From the NCBI GenBank assembly GCA_038227045.1, contig JBBRQD010000009.1, positions 14,112 to 78,111 on the forward strand: 64,000 nucleotides of DNA. The letters run 5' to 3'. The translations under genes and the position numbers were made by a program. The notes under the pieces are model-generated. The model was not told the DNA's origin and searched no databases. It saw only the letters and a list, made by a program, of their open reading frames with translations. Source of the stretch: Planctomycetota bacterium. GTDB lineage: Bacteria > Planctomycetota > SZUA-567 > H5-PLA8. Positions 54,765-64,000 of this stretch are shown here, in pieces; the stretch's first letter is position 1, and every line of letters starts with the position of its first letter.

Positions 54765-57155
54765 ATGTTCAATAAATTGCTGGGCCTTGGTGAGTCGGAC
54801 GTGGTGACTCACTTCCAAGTTTACTTCCGCCGCGACTGGCCGTTCGCCGTCGCGCTGCTGCTGATCGTGGGGGCCATCGTGTTCTCCTTCTTTCAGTATC
54901 GCGGCGAAAAAGGCGTCTCGCGTTTTCTGCGAACGCTCCTGGCCACGCTGCGCGCCGCGCTGATCGCATCGATTGTGCTGGTCCTCTGGCAGCCCGTCAT
55001 GGCGCTGGATTTGTCCTCGCAGTTGCGCGGCGTCGTGCTCGTGCTCATGGACGTGTCGGAAAGCATGGCCATCGGCGATGCGCGCAACACAAAAGAGGAT
55101 CAGGAAGACGCCGCGCTGGCGCTCGGCAAAATCAAGTACGAGCAGCAAGGCCCCGGCAGCCAGCTTACCGAACAGATCAAAAAAGAAGTCGCGGCAGTCC
55201 CGCGCATCGATATCGCAAAGGGAATTTTGCAGAACAAGGAACTCGACCTGATCGAGAAATTCGGACAAGATCAGAAAGTCCGGCTGTTCGCATTCGGTGA
55301 AAATCTGCTGCCCGCGAATCAGGAAGGCGCCACGGCTGAATTCCTGCAGAAAGCCAAAGCATCGTCCAAGGCCACCGCACTGGGGTCGGCGATCGAAGAC
55401 GCCGTGGCGCAATACGGCGGACAGCCGATTGTCGGCGTCGTGCTGCTCACCGACGGCGGCTCGAACAAAGGTCTCGATCCCGTCGAAGCCGCGACGGAAT
55501 TAAAGAAGCGGAAAATTCCGCTTTTTCCTGTCGGCATCGGTTTCCCCGAACCGCCGGATGTTCAGGTTCAGAACATCGTCGTTCAGGAAACCGCGTTCAA
55601 CAAAGATCACGTGCCCGTGCGCGTGCAGTTGCAGTCCAAAGGTTTTCGCAATCAGCCGGCGGTACTGCGCTTGTCGCTCGATGGCCTGGAGATCGCAAGC
55701 AAGCCGATCGCGCTGACGGGCCAGACGCAATTCGAAGAAATCACCTTTGAGCCGGAAGGCAAATCGGGCACGGTAAAACTCGAAGCGTCCGTCCCGGCGC
55801 TGCCCGGCGAAACGGTCGTCGACAACAACAAGCTTGCGACGACCATGACGGTGATCGATGAGAAAATCAAAGTGCTCTACGTCGAAGGCGCGCCGCGCTG
55901 GGAGTACCGCTACCTCCGCGCCGTGCTGCTCCGCGACACCCGCCTGGATGTGAAATTTCTGATGACCGAAGGCGATCCGAATCTCGCGAAATTTTCGCCG
56001 CAGTATCTCTCGCGTTTTCCCGAGGACGCCGCCGACGCGTTCAACTTCGATCTCGTGATCCTCGGCGACGTGCCGTCTAGCTATTTCAACAGCTCGCAGA
56101 TGCAGCGCATCGACGAACTCGTAAAAAATCGCAGCGGTTCGCTGCTACTGCTCGCCGGCCCGATGTACGCCCCCGCGACTTATGGCGGCACGCCGATTGA
56201 ACAGATGCTGCCCGTGAAACTTGGCGTCGAAGAAAAGCAATTGCTGAGCGAAGATGTGTACCCGGTCGTCACGGCGGCGGGCTATCAGAGCGCCGCGGTC
56301 GCGCTCGAGACGTCCAACGACAAGAACGACACGCTCTGGTCGATCGTGCGCCCGCTCCATCACGTGCCCAGCCTCACCGGAGCGAAGCCCGGCGCGACGG
56401 TGCTCGCCGAATTGTCGGACGGGCTGCGGCGCAATGAATCGTATCCGCTCATCGCGTGGAGCCGTTACGGCAGCGGCAAGTCGTTCTTCGTCGGTTCTGA
56501 CCAATTGTGGCGCCTGCGCTTCAAACGCGGCGACAAATACCATTCGCGTTTCTGGGGCCAGGTCATCCGCTTCCTCACGCTCTCCCGATTGATGGGCGGC
56601 AACAAGCGCGTCCAACTTCAGACCGACCGCACCGCGTGCCAGGCGCACGACCGCGTGCAGATTTTTGCGACTGTTGTCAACGAAGCTTACGAGCCGATTC
56701 AGGCGCAGACGTACACCGCTTATGTCGAACGCGCGGGCGCGCCCGACCCCCTCGGGAAAGGGGCCATCGCGGTGAAACTCGACGCCGTTCCGCAAAAGCC
56801 CGGCTTCTTCCAGGGCGCTTACATTCCTGAAGAAGACGGGCGCTACCTCATTCGCCCCGCAAACGAAGAAGTCGCCTCCGCCAACAAATTGGAAATTGAA
56901 GTCACGACCGTACCGCTCGAGCAGCGCGAACCAGCGATGCAGGAACGTGCATTAAAAGAACTCGCCCAGATTTCCGGCGGGCGCTATTTCACGATCAAGG
57001 AACTCCCACAATTGACCAAGGCAATCAAAAAAGAAACGCGCTCGACGACAGTCCGGAAAGAAAAAGAGTTGTTCGATTTGCCCGTGGTCTTCGTGCTGAT
57101 TGTGCTGCTCGGCGGGACCGAATGGTTTATCCGCAGGCGGCACGATCTGGCGTAG
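54765..57155 (+). CDS. membrane protein with vWA-like MIDAS motif (Bat-cluster)
   Basis: N-terminal TMs are followed by VLVLMDVSESMAIGD (DxSxS). A C-terminal TM, LPVVFVLIVLLGGTEWFIRRRHD, is present. Confidence 0.83.
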   Translation: MFNKLLGLGESDVVTHFQVYFRRDWPFAVALLLIVGAIVFSFFQYRGEKGVSRFLRTLLATLRAALIASIVLVLWQPVMALDLSSQLRGVVLVLMDVSESMAIGDARNTKEDQEDAALALGKIKYEQQGPGSQLTEQIKKEVAAVPRIDIAKGILQNKELDLIEKFGQDQKVRLFAFGENLLPANQEGATAEFLQKAKASSKATALGSAIEDAVAQYGGQPIVGVVLLTDGGSNKGLDPVEAATELKKRKIPLFPVGIGFPEPPDVQVQNIVVQETAFNKDHVPVRVQLQSKGFRNQPAVLRLSLDGLEIASKPIALTGQTQFEEITFEPEGKSGTVKLEASVPALPGETVVDNNKLATTMTVIDEKIKVLYVEGAPRWEYRYLRAVLLRDTRLDVKFLMTEGDPNLAKFSPQYLSRFPEDAADAFNFDLVILGDVPSSYFNSSQMQRIDELVKNRSGSLLLLAGPMYAPATYGGTPIEQMLPVKLGVEEKQLLSEDVYPVVTAAGYQSAAVALETSNDKNDTLWSIVRPLHHVPSLTGAKPGATVLAELSDGLRRNESYPLIAWSRYGSGKSFFVGSDQLWRLRFKRGDKYHSRFWGQVIRFLTLSRLMGGNKRVQLQTDRTACQAHDRVQIFATVVNEAYEPIQAQTYTAYVERAGAPDPLGKGAIAVKLDAVPQKPGFFQGAYIPEEDGRYLIRPANEEVASANKLEIEVTTVPLEQREPAMQERALKELAQISGGRYFTIKELPQLTKAIKKETRSTTVRKEKELFDLPVVFVLIVLLGGTEWFIRRRHDLA

Positions 57156-57163
57156 GAAGTCAA

Positions 57164-57228
57164 GAGCCGCGCACGTAAGTTAGCGGCCAAAACCGTGTAA
57201 TAAGGCCGCTTACTTACGTGCGCGGCTC
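57164..57228. repeat. F5 palindromic element, copy 2 (loop inverted relative to copy 1)
   Basis: gagccgcgcacgtaagttagcggcc-aaaaccgtgtaataa-ggccgcttacttacgtgcgcggctc. Confidence 0.8.
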
Positions 57229-57241
57229 AGGGAATGCATCA

Positions 57242-58873
57242 ATGGCAGCAGAGGCAATCACATCCGAACGCGGCGGCGTCGAAGTCAAGCTTCGACGGGC
57301 TTGGCACAGGGAGCGGCGTTTCTACCACACGCGCGGACTCTGCCACACCCTCGTTTGGCTCATCGCGCTGATTCTGCTGGACTTCGCCATCGACTGGCTG
57401 CTCGAAGTCCCGGGCTATGCGCGCGTGTTGCTACTGCTCATTAATGTCGGCACCATTTCGTGGGTCGTCTACCGCAATTGGATACGGTATCTGAAGCCGT
57501 ACGACCGCACGCGCGTTGCGCTGGAAGTCGAACGCCGCCACCCGGAACTCGAAAGCCTGCTCGTCTCGTATGTCCAATTCGGCACCGGGACGTCTGCCGT
57601 GGACGCGTCCCCTTCGCTGGTTCGCGCGATGGAACGGCAGGCGCTCGATGTCACCGGGCCCCTCGATTTCCGCGACATTATTAATTTCGGGCAACTCAAA
57701 CGCATCTTCGTCGTCTCCGCGCTGGTGTTCCTTTTCTTCTGCGGTTTGAGCGTCAGGTGGTCCGACTATTTTCAAGTCCTCGTGCTGCGGCTTTTCAATC
57801 CAGGTTCGGAAGCGAAGTACCCGACGCGCACTCATATTGTTGCGATGTCCGGAAACATCATCATTCGCCAGGGAGACACGGCGACCTTGACCGTCAAAGC
57901 CGACGGGCTGATTCCCGCGCAGGGAACGCTCTATTATCAGCCCAAGGATGCAGATTGGAAAAAACTTCCTGTCGCAGTCAACGAGAAGGATGAACTCAGT
58001 TACGCCTTCCCCAACGTCTTCGAAGGCTTCGCGTACTACGTGCGCATCGGCGACGCGAAGACTGAAAAGTACACCGTCTCGGTCGTACCGCCGCCGCGTG
58101 TAACGGATGCAACGCTTAAACTTCAATTTCCCAAGTACACGAACATGAAGGAGAAAAGCATCGGCAATCTCAGTCCCGACGTGCTGGAAGGCACGGACGT
58201 GTCGTGGCAACTGCGCGTCGATCCGGCCGTTTCAAAAGCGGAGATGCTCCTGGAAGGCGGGGCGGTGACGCCGTTGGTACTGAGCGAAAATGGGCATGTC
58301 GTCGCCTACAAAACGACCGCGAAGAGTTCGTTCAATTATCAATTCCGCTGGACGGAGAGCGTCCACGGTTACAGCTACGACGAAGGCGTTCAGCATTTTC
58401 TTCGCGTGGTCCCGGACGTCGCGCCCGAAGTGGACATCATTCAGCCCTACGGTGACGAAAAGGCCACGGTCAATAAGAAAGTCACGATAAGTTTCAGAGC
58501 CATTGATGATTTTGGCGTCGTCAAGGCTTGGCTGGCGTATTCAATAAATGAAGGCGAGGAAAAAAAGGTTCCGATTCAATCGTTCAGCGGCAAGCCGCTC
58601 GAAGCGCTGAGCTGGAAACTCAAAGACAGCATCCAGAGTCTGAAGGAGAACGATGTCGTCGCGTACGCGATTGAAGTTCACGACAACTACGACGGCAAGG
58701 ACGGTCCGCATGTTGGCCGCTCGCAAACACGCCGTGTCACGATCCTGAGTCTCGCCGAATACGAGAAGTACGTCTACGAAACGCTGGCGAATCTGACGGG
58801 CGAAATTAAGAAATCGAAAGACGCGGAAGTTGAAGCGTCCGAACAGGTCAAAGTGTTGAAGGTCGGAGAATGA
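57242..58873 (+). CDS. DUF4175-like membrane protein
   Basis: RRFYHTRGLCHTLVWLIALILLDFAIDWLLE is followed by further TMs and a large beta-rich C-terminal region. Confidence 0.78.
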   Translation: MAAEAITSERGGVEVKLRRAWHRERRFYHTRGLCHTLVWLIALILLDFAIDWLLEVPGYARVLLLLINVGTISWVVYRNWIRYLKPYDRTRVALEVERRHPELESLLVSYVQFGTGTSAVDASPSLVRAMERQALDVTGPLDFRDIINFGQLKRIFVVSALVFLFFCGLSVRWSDYFQVLVLRLFNPGSEAKYPTRTHIVAMSGNIIIRQGDTATLTVKADGLIPAQGTLYYQPKDADWKKLPVAVNEKDELSYAFPNVFEGFAYYVRIGDAKTEKYTVSVVPPPRVTDATLKLQFPKYTNMKEKSIGNLSPDVLEGTDVSWQLRVDPAVSKAEMLLEGGAVTPLVLSENGHVVAYKTTAKSSFNYQFRWTESVHGYSYDEGVQHFLRVVPDVAPEVDIIQPYGDEKATVNKKVTISFRAIDDFGVVKAWLAYSINEGEEKKVPIQSFSGKPLEALSWKLKDSIQSLKENDVVAYAIEVHDNYDGKDGPHVGRSQTRRVTILSLAEYEKYVYETLANLTGEIKKSKDAEVEASEQVKVLKVGE

Positions 58874-60231
58874 CTATGATGAAACGCATCGTTTTCTGTT
58901 TGCTGATCGCAAGCGCCGTCAGTGCGGCCGCCGGAGAGGCGCGTCCGGCGCGCGGCGAACAGGCGCTGGCCGAAGAGCAGCGTCAGTTGCAGGTCAACAC
59001 GCGCCTTGGCTCGGTAAGTTCGAAGCTTGCGTCGCTCGCGGACGATATCCGGTCCAACGAACTCACGAAGGAACTGCACGCCGACAGGCTCGTCTCGATG
59101 AGTTCGTCGGTGACTGCGATCAACAAAACGAATGTGCTCGGCGCGGCGGACGCGTTCGGCAAAGCGCGCAAGGAGATGCCAAAGTTCAAGCCGCATGTGG
59201 ACGTGGCGGACAAGGAAATTCAGACCGCGGTCGTGGAATTGGACAAACTCTTGAAAGGCTCGCCCAACGCGGAACTCGAAAGTTTGCTCGCGGAACTTCG
59301 CGTCATCATCAAAAAGCAGGAGCAGCGCAAGAAAGAGACGAGCGCCTGGGGCAAGCAACTCCTCGAAGGCCAGGCGGCGGACGACAATCAGCGTCTGGAA
59401 CTGGCGCTGCTGCAAAGCCAGATTCTCCCCCGAATTCAGACTTTTCACGAGCGCTTGAAAGCGTCCGCGAAAGATGAAACCGACGAAGGGGCGAAAGTCA
59501 AAATGGTGCAGGCCGACGCGTTGATGGTTCAAAAGCCAACGAAGGGAATGCTGGAAAGCAGCGTGCAGAATATCCGCGAAAAGCAGCCGATCCCGGCCGT
59601 CGCGCAACAGGACAAGGTTCTCGAAGTCCTTCACGAAGTCGAAAAGATTCTGGAAGACGAGTCAACGGTGGCGCTCTCCGACTTCGCGGATTTGGAGAAA
59701 GCCATGAAAGACCTGGAATCGCTGAAAAACGAACTCGAAGCCGCCACGCCGCAGGAATTTCAGGCGCAGTTGCAAAATTTCCAGAGCCAGCAGGCGGATG
59801 TTAACGCGGCGCTGGCGAACATCGATGTCGCGGCGTTGCAGACCGCGCTGGCCGAAGCCGCACAGCATTTGGGCAACGGCGAACAAGCTCAAGCCGCCGC
59901 AGCCGACGCCGCCGCGCTCGCCGCGCTGCACGCGGCGCTGGAGGCTGGCAAGGAGCCGGGAACGGAACCAGGCACCGAACCGGAAATAGGAATTGGAATC
60001 GGGCCGCCCGAACTGGCCGTGATTCCGCATCAAAGCCTCGATCCGAAGGAAATGCCCCGCATGATTGCCAATTCCAAAACGGCCGAAGGCGAGCGCAAAG
60101 GCCCCAACAAAGCGCTCATCGGCGCATTGAATCCGCGCGAGCAGGAAGCGTTGCAGGAGAATTACGCGCGCGAATTGCCCGCCGAATACAAAGGGCTGCT
60201 TGAAGAATACTATGAAGCGCTTTCGAAGTAA
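58870..60231 (+). CDS. secreted coiled-coil protein (hypothetical)
   Basis: The start overlaps the upstream stop as ATGA. The signal is MKRIVFCLLIASAVSAAAG. Long E/K/Q/A-rich heptad-like stretches follow. Confidence 0.75.
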   Translation: MTMMKRIVFCLLIASAVSAAAGEARPARGEQALAEEQRQLQVNTRLGSVSSKLASLADDIRSNELTKELHADRLVSMSSSVTAINKTNVLGAADAFGKARKEMPKFKPHVDVADKEIQTAVVELDKLLKGSPNAELESLLAELRVIIKKQEQRKKETSAWGKQLLEGQAADDNQRLELALLQSQILPRIQTFHERLKASAKDETDEGAKVKMVQADALMVQKPTKGMLESSVQNIREKQPIPAVAQQDKVLEVLHEVEKILEDESTVALSDFADLEKAMKDLESLKNELEAATPQEFQAQLQNFQSQQADVNAALANIDVAALQTALAEAAQHLGNGEQAQAAAADAAALAALHAALEAGKEPGTEPGTEPEIGIGIGPPELAVIPHQSLDPKEMPRMIANSKTAEGERKGPNKALIGALNPREQEALQENYARELPAEYKGLLEEYYEALSK

Positions 60232-60250
60232 CCGCGGAGAAAGTGAACGA

Positions 60251-61264
60251 ATGAATAGACTGGTTGTCGCAATATCGTTTTCCGTGATCCTTGCGTGCGG
60301 AGGCGCTCGCGCGGAGAATGCGTCCGGCGTCGGAGTGGCCGAACTGTCTCCGGCGGCGGAGATCGCGATTGAAAAAGGCTTGAGTTTCCTCGCCAATACG
60401 CAAAATCCGGACGGGAGCTGGGGCACGACCTACCCGATGGCCGACACCGCCGTGTCGCTCATGGCGTTCATGTTGAAAGGTAATTTTCCAAAGCGCGGAA
60501 AATACGGCGCGGTGCTTGAAAAAGCCACGGTGTTCATGATCAAGCGCGGCGTCGAAGGCAAAGGTTTTCTGGGCGGCACGCAGCAGGGCATGTACGAGCA
60601 CGGGCTGGGGCTGCTGGCGCTGTCCGAAGTCTGGGGCGAAAGCGATCACCGCAAGGAAATCCGCGACGTGCTGAAAATGGGCGTTGACGTCACGCTCCGC
60701 GCGCAAAGCCCTGAAGGCGGCTGGCGCTATGGACCGCAGCCGGCCGACGCCGACATCTCCGCCACCGTCATGCATCTGGTTGCGCTTACGTCGGCGAAGG
60801 AAGCGGGCATTCTCGTCCCCGATCAAACGCTGCAACGCGCGGTTCAGTATGTCAAACGCTGCCAGTCCGCCAACGGCGGCGGCGGATTCGGCTATCAGCC
60901 CGGAGGAGCGCCCGGATTCGCGCGCACGTCGGCGGGAGTCATGTCGCTGATGATGAGCGGCCAGAAGAATTCGCAAAGCGTTCAGCACGGCCTCGAGTAC
61001 CTGGTCAAGTACAACGATGGCAAGTTCAGCAATGTCGAGTACTACAACTACGCCCACTATTACGCAATACAAAGCATGTACCAGGCGGGCGACGCGTACT
61101 ATCAGCCGTGGTATGCGCGCATTCGCGATGCGCTCCTGGCGCGCGCGAAAGCCGATGGAGGCTGGCCCGCCGGAAACAGCGGTTCCAGCCCGCAGTTTGC
61201 CACAGCGCTCTCAATCCTTGTGTTGGGAGTCCCCTATCGATTCCTGCCGATTTATCAACGATGA
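60251..61264 (+). CDS. prenyltransferase/squalene-oxidase-repeat (alpha/alpha toroid) secreted protein
   Basis: The repeats are QNPDGSWG, QSPEGGWRYGP, QSANGGGGFGYQPG and KADGGWP. The signal is MNRLVVAISFSVILACGGARA. Confidence 0.83.
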   Translation: MNRLVVAISFSVILACGGARAENASGVGVAELSPAAEIAIEKGLSFLANTQNPDGSWGTTYPMADTAVSLMAFMLKGNFPKRGKYGAVLEKATVFMIKRGVEGKGFLGGTQQGMYEHGLGLLALSEVWGESDHRKEIRDVLKMGVDVTLRAQSPEGGWRYGPQPADADISATVMHLVALTSAKEAGILVPDQTLQRAVQYVKRCQSANGGGGFGYQPGGAPGFARTSAGVMSLMMSGQKNSQSVQHGLEYLVKYNDGKFSNVEYYNYAHYYAIQSMYQAGDAYYQPWYARIRDALLARAKADGGWPAGNSGSSPQFATALSILVLGVPYRFLPIYQR

Positions 61265-63093
61265 AAAGCGCGCTGACAATTCTCGTTTTCGCCGCATCCG
61301 CATTCGCCGCCGAGGGGCGAGTGGTCTCCGATTCCGCGGGCGTCGAACGCGCTTTGAACAGTCTCGACAACGCCGATTGGATACTCCAATGGGAGGCCAT
61401 CCACGATCTGGCCGAGCAGCGCGCCGAATTGGCCGTGCCTAAGCTTCAATCGATGCTCTCGGCTAAAAACGAACCGTGGCTGCGCAGCCAGGCGCTCGCG
61501 GCGCTGGCCGGAATTCGTGGCAAGGAAATACTCGACTCCGCGCAGGAACTGGCGAAATCACAGGACGCCGTGTTGCGCGCCGGCGCGTTCAAAGCGCTGG
61601 GCGCGATCGGTTCCGACGCGGCGCTTCCCGCAATCGAGGCCGCGGTCAAGGATGCCGATCCCGGCGTGCGGGGCGAGGCGCTGGTGGCGCTGGCAAAAAT
61701 TTCGCACGAAAAATCGTGGCCCACGGTCAGCCTGGCGCTCGCCAGCGACGACCCGCGCTCCGGAATTCTGGCGCTGCCTTTCGTTGGGGGAGACGCGGCG
61801 CGAGACAAGCTTCTGGCGTTGCTGGATCACAAAGACAAGCCGACGCGCCTGGCGGTCATTGCGGCATTGAAACAAGCGCGGCTACCCGAAACGCTCAAGC
61901 CGCTCGTGAAGCGCCTGTTAAAGGAGGGCGACAGAGCCGCGCAGGACGCGATTCAGGGAGCGCTGGGCGCATTTCCCGCGCGCGCGCGCGCCGCGGCTGT
62001 CGTTGAGTTGCTCGCCGCAAATGAAATCGTGTTGAACGATCTGACGCTCGATCTGTTGAGCGGATCCGCCGAACCCGACACGTGCGCCGCGCTGGTCAGA
62101 CTCCTTCCGCAACTCGAAGCAGGCAACGGCTGGCTACTTGCCCGGACGATAAGGATCGTGGCCTCCTGTGACGCCGATCAATACGCACCGCTGTTTACGA
62201 ATTATCTAAAAAGCGGCAAAGCCGACGTGCGCCTCGCGGCCATTGAGGGGATGGGCAAATGCCGCAAGCTCGATCGTTTCGCACTGCTTAAGCCGTTGAT
62301 TACGGACTCAGACGCGCGCATCAGTGAAACGGTATTCAACGCGATTCGCGTCGCCACGCGCTGGGCGCCCGACGAAGGCATCGTCAGTTACCTCAACGAC
62401 GCATTGGTCAGCAAAGAAAAAAACGTCTTTAAAAATGCCGTGTCACTGCTGCGCGACCGGCTTCCGTCCGCGGAATTTCCGAAAGCACTGGCGCTGCTGA
62501 AGCCGCATCTGTCCGGTGCAAGCACGGAACTTCGAGACCTCTGCGTGCAGGCTCTGACGCAGGCCGCCGATCCGGAAGGCGCGCGGCAGATCGCCGCCGC
62601 TCAGGGCTGCATTTCGCAGTGGCACGTGCTAGGACCGTTGACCGAGAAGTCTGGCGATGCAGCGATCGAGTCATTCGCGCCGCCGGAGAAGGACGTCGAT
62701 TTTACTAAGAAATTCAAGTTCGGCGAAGAACCGGAAATCGCTTGGGCCGGTTACGATCTCGACCGGACCGATGGCTGGATGGATATGCAGTCGAGTGCTG
62801 GCGACGAAAAGGGATCGAGCGGCTGCGCGCTGGCCATTTTCAAAATCGCGCGCGCGCAAACGGCCGTCGCGCAAATCACAACCGAAGGCGACTTTGTTTT
62901 TTTTGTCAATGGAATGAAGCTCGCCGCCGAAGGCAAAGCAAGCACGGTGGACGTTCAATTGAAAGACGGAATAAATCGCGTGCTGGCGAAGGCCACGCGG
63001 AACGATCCGCGCGGACGCATTGCGTTCCGCTTTCGACTTGCCGACAAGCAGGGCGGGGCGATTGAATCGACGGAAACAGCGAAGACTAAATAA
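61261..63093 (+). CDS. HEAT-repeat secreted protein with C-terminal beta-sandwich domain
   Basis: The start overlaps the upstream stop as ATGA. The signal is MKSALTILVFAASAFAAEG. PBS/HEAT-like units recur (WLRSQALAALAGI, AVLRAGAFKALGAIG, PGVRGEALVALAKI, ADVRLAAIEGMGK). Confidence 0.83.
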   Translation: MKSALTILVFAASAFAAEGRVVSDSAGVERALNSLDNADWILQWEAIHDLAEQRAELAVPKLQSMLSAKNEPWLRSQALAALAGIRGKEILDSAQELAKSQDAVLRAGAFKALGAIGSDAALPAIEAAVKDADPGVRGEALVALAKISHEKSWPTVSLALASDDPRSGILALPFVGGDAARDKLLALLDHKDKPTRLAVIAALKQARLPETLKPLVKRLLKEGDRAAQDAIQGALGAFPARARAAAVVELLAANEIVLNDLTLDLLSGSAEPDTCAALVRLLPQLEAGNGWLLARTIRIVASCDADQYAPLFTNYLKSGKADVRLAAIEGMGKCRKLDRFALLKPLITDSDARISETVFNAIRVATRWAPDEGIVSYLNDALVSKEKNVFKNAVSLLRDRLPSAEFPKALALLKPHLSGASTELRDLCVQALTQAADPEGARQIAAAQGCISQWHVLGPLTEKSGDAAIESFAPPEKDVDFTKKFKFGEEPEIAWAGYDLDRTDGWMDMQSSAGDEKGSSGCALAIFKIARAQTAVAQITTEGDFVFFVNGMKLAAEGKASTVDVQLKDGINRVLAKATRNDPRGRIAFRFRLADKQGGAIESTETAKTK

Positions 63094-63117
63094 GAAGGAT
63101 GAAAGCAGCCTCTCGTG

Positions 63118-64000
63118 ATGCGATTTGCACTGCTCTGTTTTATCTTTTCGTGCATAACTGGCAGCTTCTGCGCCGCAGGTGCCGACGATGGCCCCATTGC
63201 AATTGAATGGAAGGAAAATTGGGACGCCACGTACGCCGCCAACCGCCAGCGCTGGGAGAAGGAAATCCCGCCGAAAGGCAAAAAGCCCGACTACACGTTT
63301 CAGAACCGGCTCATCTTTCTGCTCGAATCGCTGATTGAAAAATGGCCAGGCGAAAAGGTCAAACGCTCTGCCGCTTACACCGAACTGGCCGAATTGCTGA
63401 CGCAGATCAATGCGCGCGGCCGGGCCTGCGGTATTCTGAAGAAGGTCGTCGAAGAATCGCGCGGCCAGCCGGACGCGGCGCTGCAAGCGCTTCTCGGCAT
63501 CATGCGGATTTTGCCGAAACACTATGATACCGACGAGGCGCGGCAGTGGCAGGAATATGCTGCGCGCCGTTTGATCGCCTTGAACCGCGTCGGTTATCTG
63601 TCCTCCAACAATCCGACCTATGGCGACGCGTTGGAATGTTTGTTGATTGTGTGCAGTGCGCAAGGCCGCTTCCTCGAAGCCTCTCAGACGCTCGAATTGC
63701 TGAAATTTCAAAACCGCCCGGATGACCGCGTGAAGTTTCAGGAAGCGGAACTTTATTTCCGGCTTGGACACATCGATCAGGCACTGCGCGCATATCAGGA
63801 ACTTTCGTTTTTCAAACAGGATCATCAGATTCAGCAGCGCATCGCCCAACTTTCGTCGCACCGCTGGACTTCCACCGCGCAACAGGAACAGGCCTTCAGT
63901 CCGGAGTACGACAAGAAGTGGCAAAACATCGCTCCAAATCTTGTGGATAATTTCAACGAAGCCGACGCGCTTTTGCGAGACGACGCGGAAGGCAAGAGCA
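63118..64000 (+). CDS. secreted helical-repeat (TPR-like) protein, 3' end beyond the window
   Basis: It is absent from the ORF track because there is no stop in the window. My translation reads MRFALLCFIFSCITGSFCAAGADD...LELLKFQNRPDDRVKFQEAELYFRLGHIDQALRAYQEL and is open to nt 64000. Confidence 0.75.
   Translation, partial: MRFALLCFIFSCITGSFCAAGADDGPIAIEWKENWDATYAANRQRWEKEIPPKGKKPDYTFQNRLIFLLESLIEKWPGEKVKRSAAYTELAELLTQINARGRACGILKKVVEESRGQPDAALQALLGIMRILPKHYDTDEARQWQEYAARRLIALNRVGYLSSNNPTYGDALECLLIVCSAQGRFLEASQTLELLKFQNRPDDRVKFQEAELYFRLGHIDQALRAYQELSFFKQDHQIQQRIAQLSSHRWTSTAQQEQAFSPEYDKKWQNIAPNLVDNFNEADALLRDDAEGKS

Noticed and set aside
63099-63203. ATG at 63099, right after a GAAGGA sequence, as the start of the last gene
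   Set aside because: That frame closes after 35 codons. The frame from ATG 63118 encodes a signal peptide and stays open to the window end.
1-64000. Prophage, integron, transposon or other mobile element
   Set aside because: I recognised no integrase, transposase, recombinase, phage structural gene or att-like direct repeat. Only short REP/REPIN-like elements and the higBA module hint at mobility.

Overview
The window looks like a chromosomal segment from a PVC-superphylum bacterium (Verrucomicrobiota/Planctomycetota-like). The basis is a PSCyt/DUF1549/DUF1553 + DUF1501 gene pair, a Tat-signal Gfo/Idh/MocA + TIM-barrel pair, sulfatase and FGE-family genes, and a MoxR-DUF58-BatA cluster. I call about 53 protein genes. 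I found no rRNA, tRNA, CRISPR array, transposase or integrase. Two genes run off the window edges and are missing from the ORF track: 1..1057 (-) and 63118..64000 (+). Two housekeeping genes need recoding-aware calls. infC starts at a non-ATG ATC codon at 10623. prfB needs the classical CTT-TGA-C +1 frameshift at 30425..30431. Main observations: (1) The partial nuo operon reads nuoA-B-[X-X']-C-D-[lipoprotein]-H-I. A secreted PKD-like protein gene sits between nuoB and nuoC and has been tandemly duplicated together with the first 31 nt of nuoC. The two paralogs have near-identical flanks and a strongly diverged central Ig-like domain. (2) A cluster of at least 10 genes (49.3-64 kb) begins MoxR/DUF58/BatA/vWA and continues with coiled-coil, prenyltransferase-like, HEAT and TPR-like secreted proteins. 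It is punctuated by copies of a roughly 65-nt palindromic element. (3) A 164-nt rod-like hairpin at 3995..4158 has non-Watson-Crick pairs that are almost all G:U on the + strand only, which makes it a candidate structured sRNA. (4) At least seven families of short intergenic repeats or hairpins are present. These include GAAACCT heptamer arrays in the sense 5' leaders of two genes, and REPIN-like inverted doublets. (5) Several proteins have unusual architecture. They are a circularly permuted SGNH hydrolase, an FGE-sulfatase domain split by a two-TM insertion, IF3 and NuoI with long Pro/Ala-rich tails, and a 12-repeat GGxDxY beta-helix-like protein. All similarity statements rest on motif recognition by eye; no database search was run.
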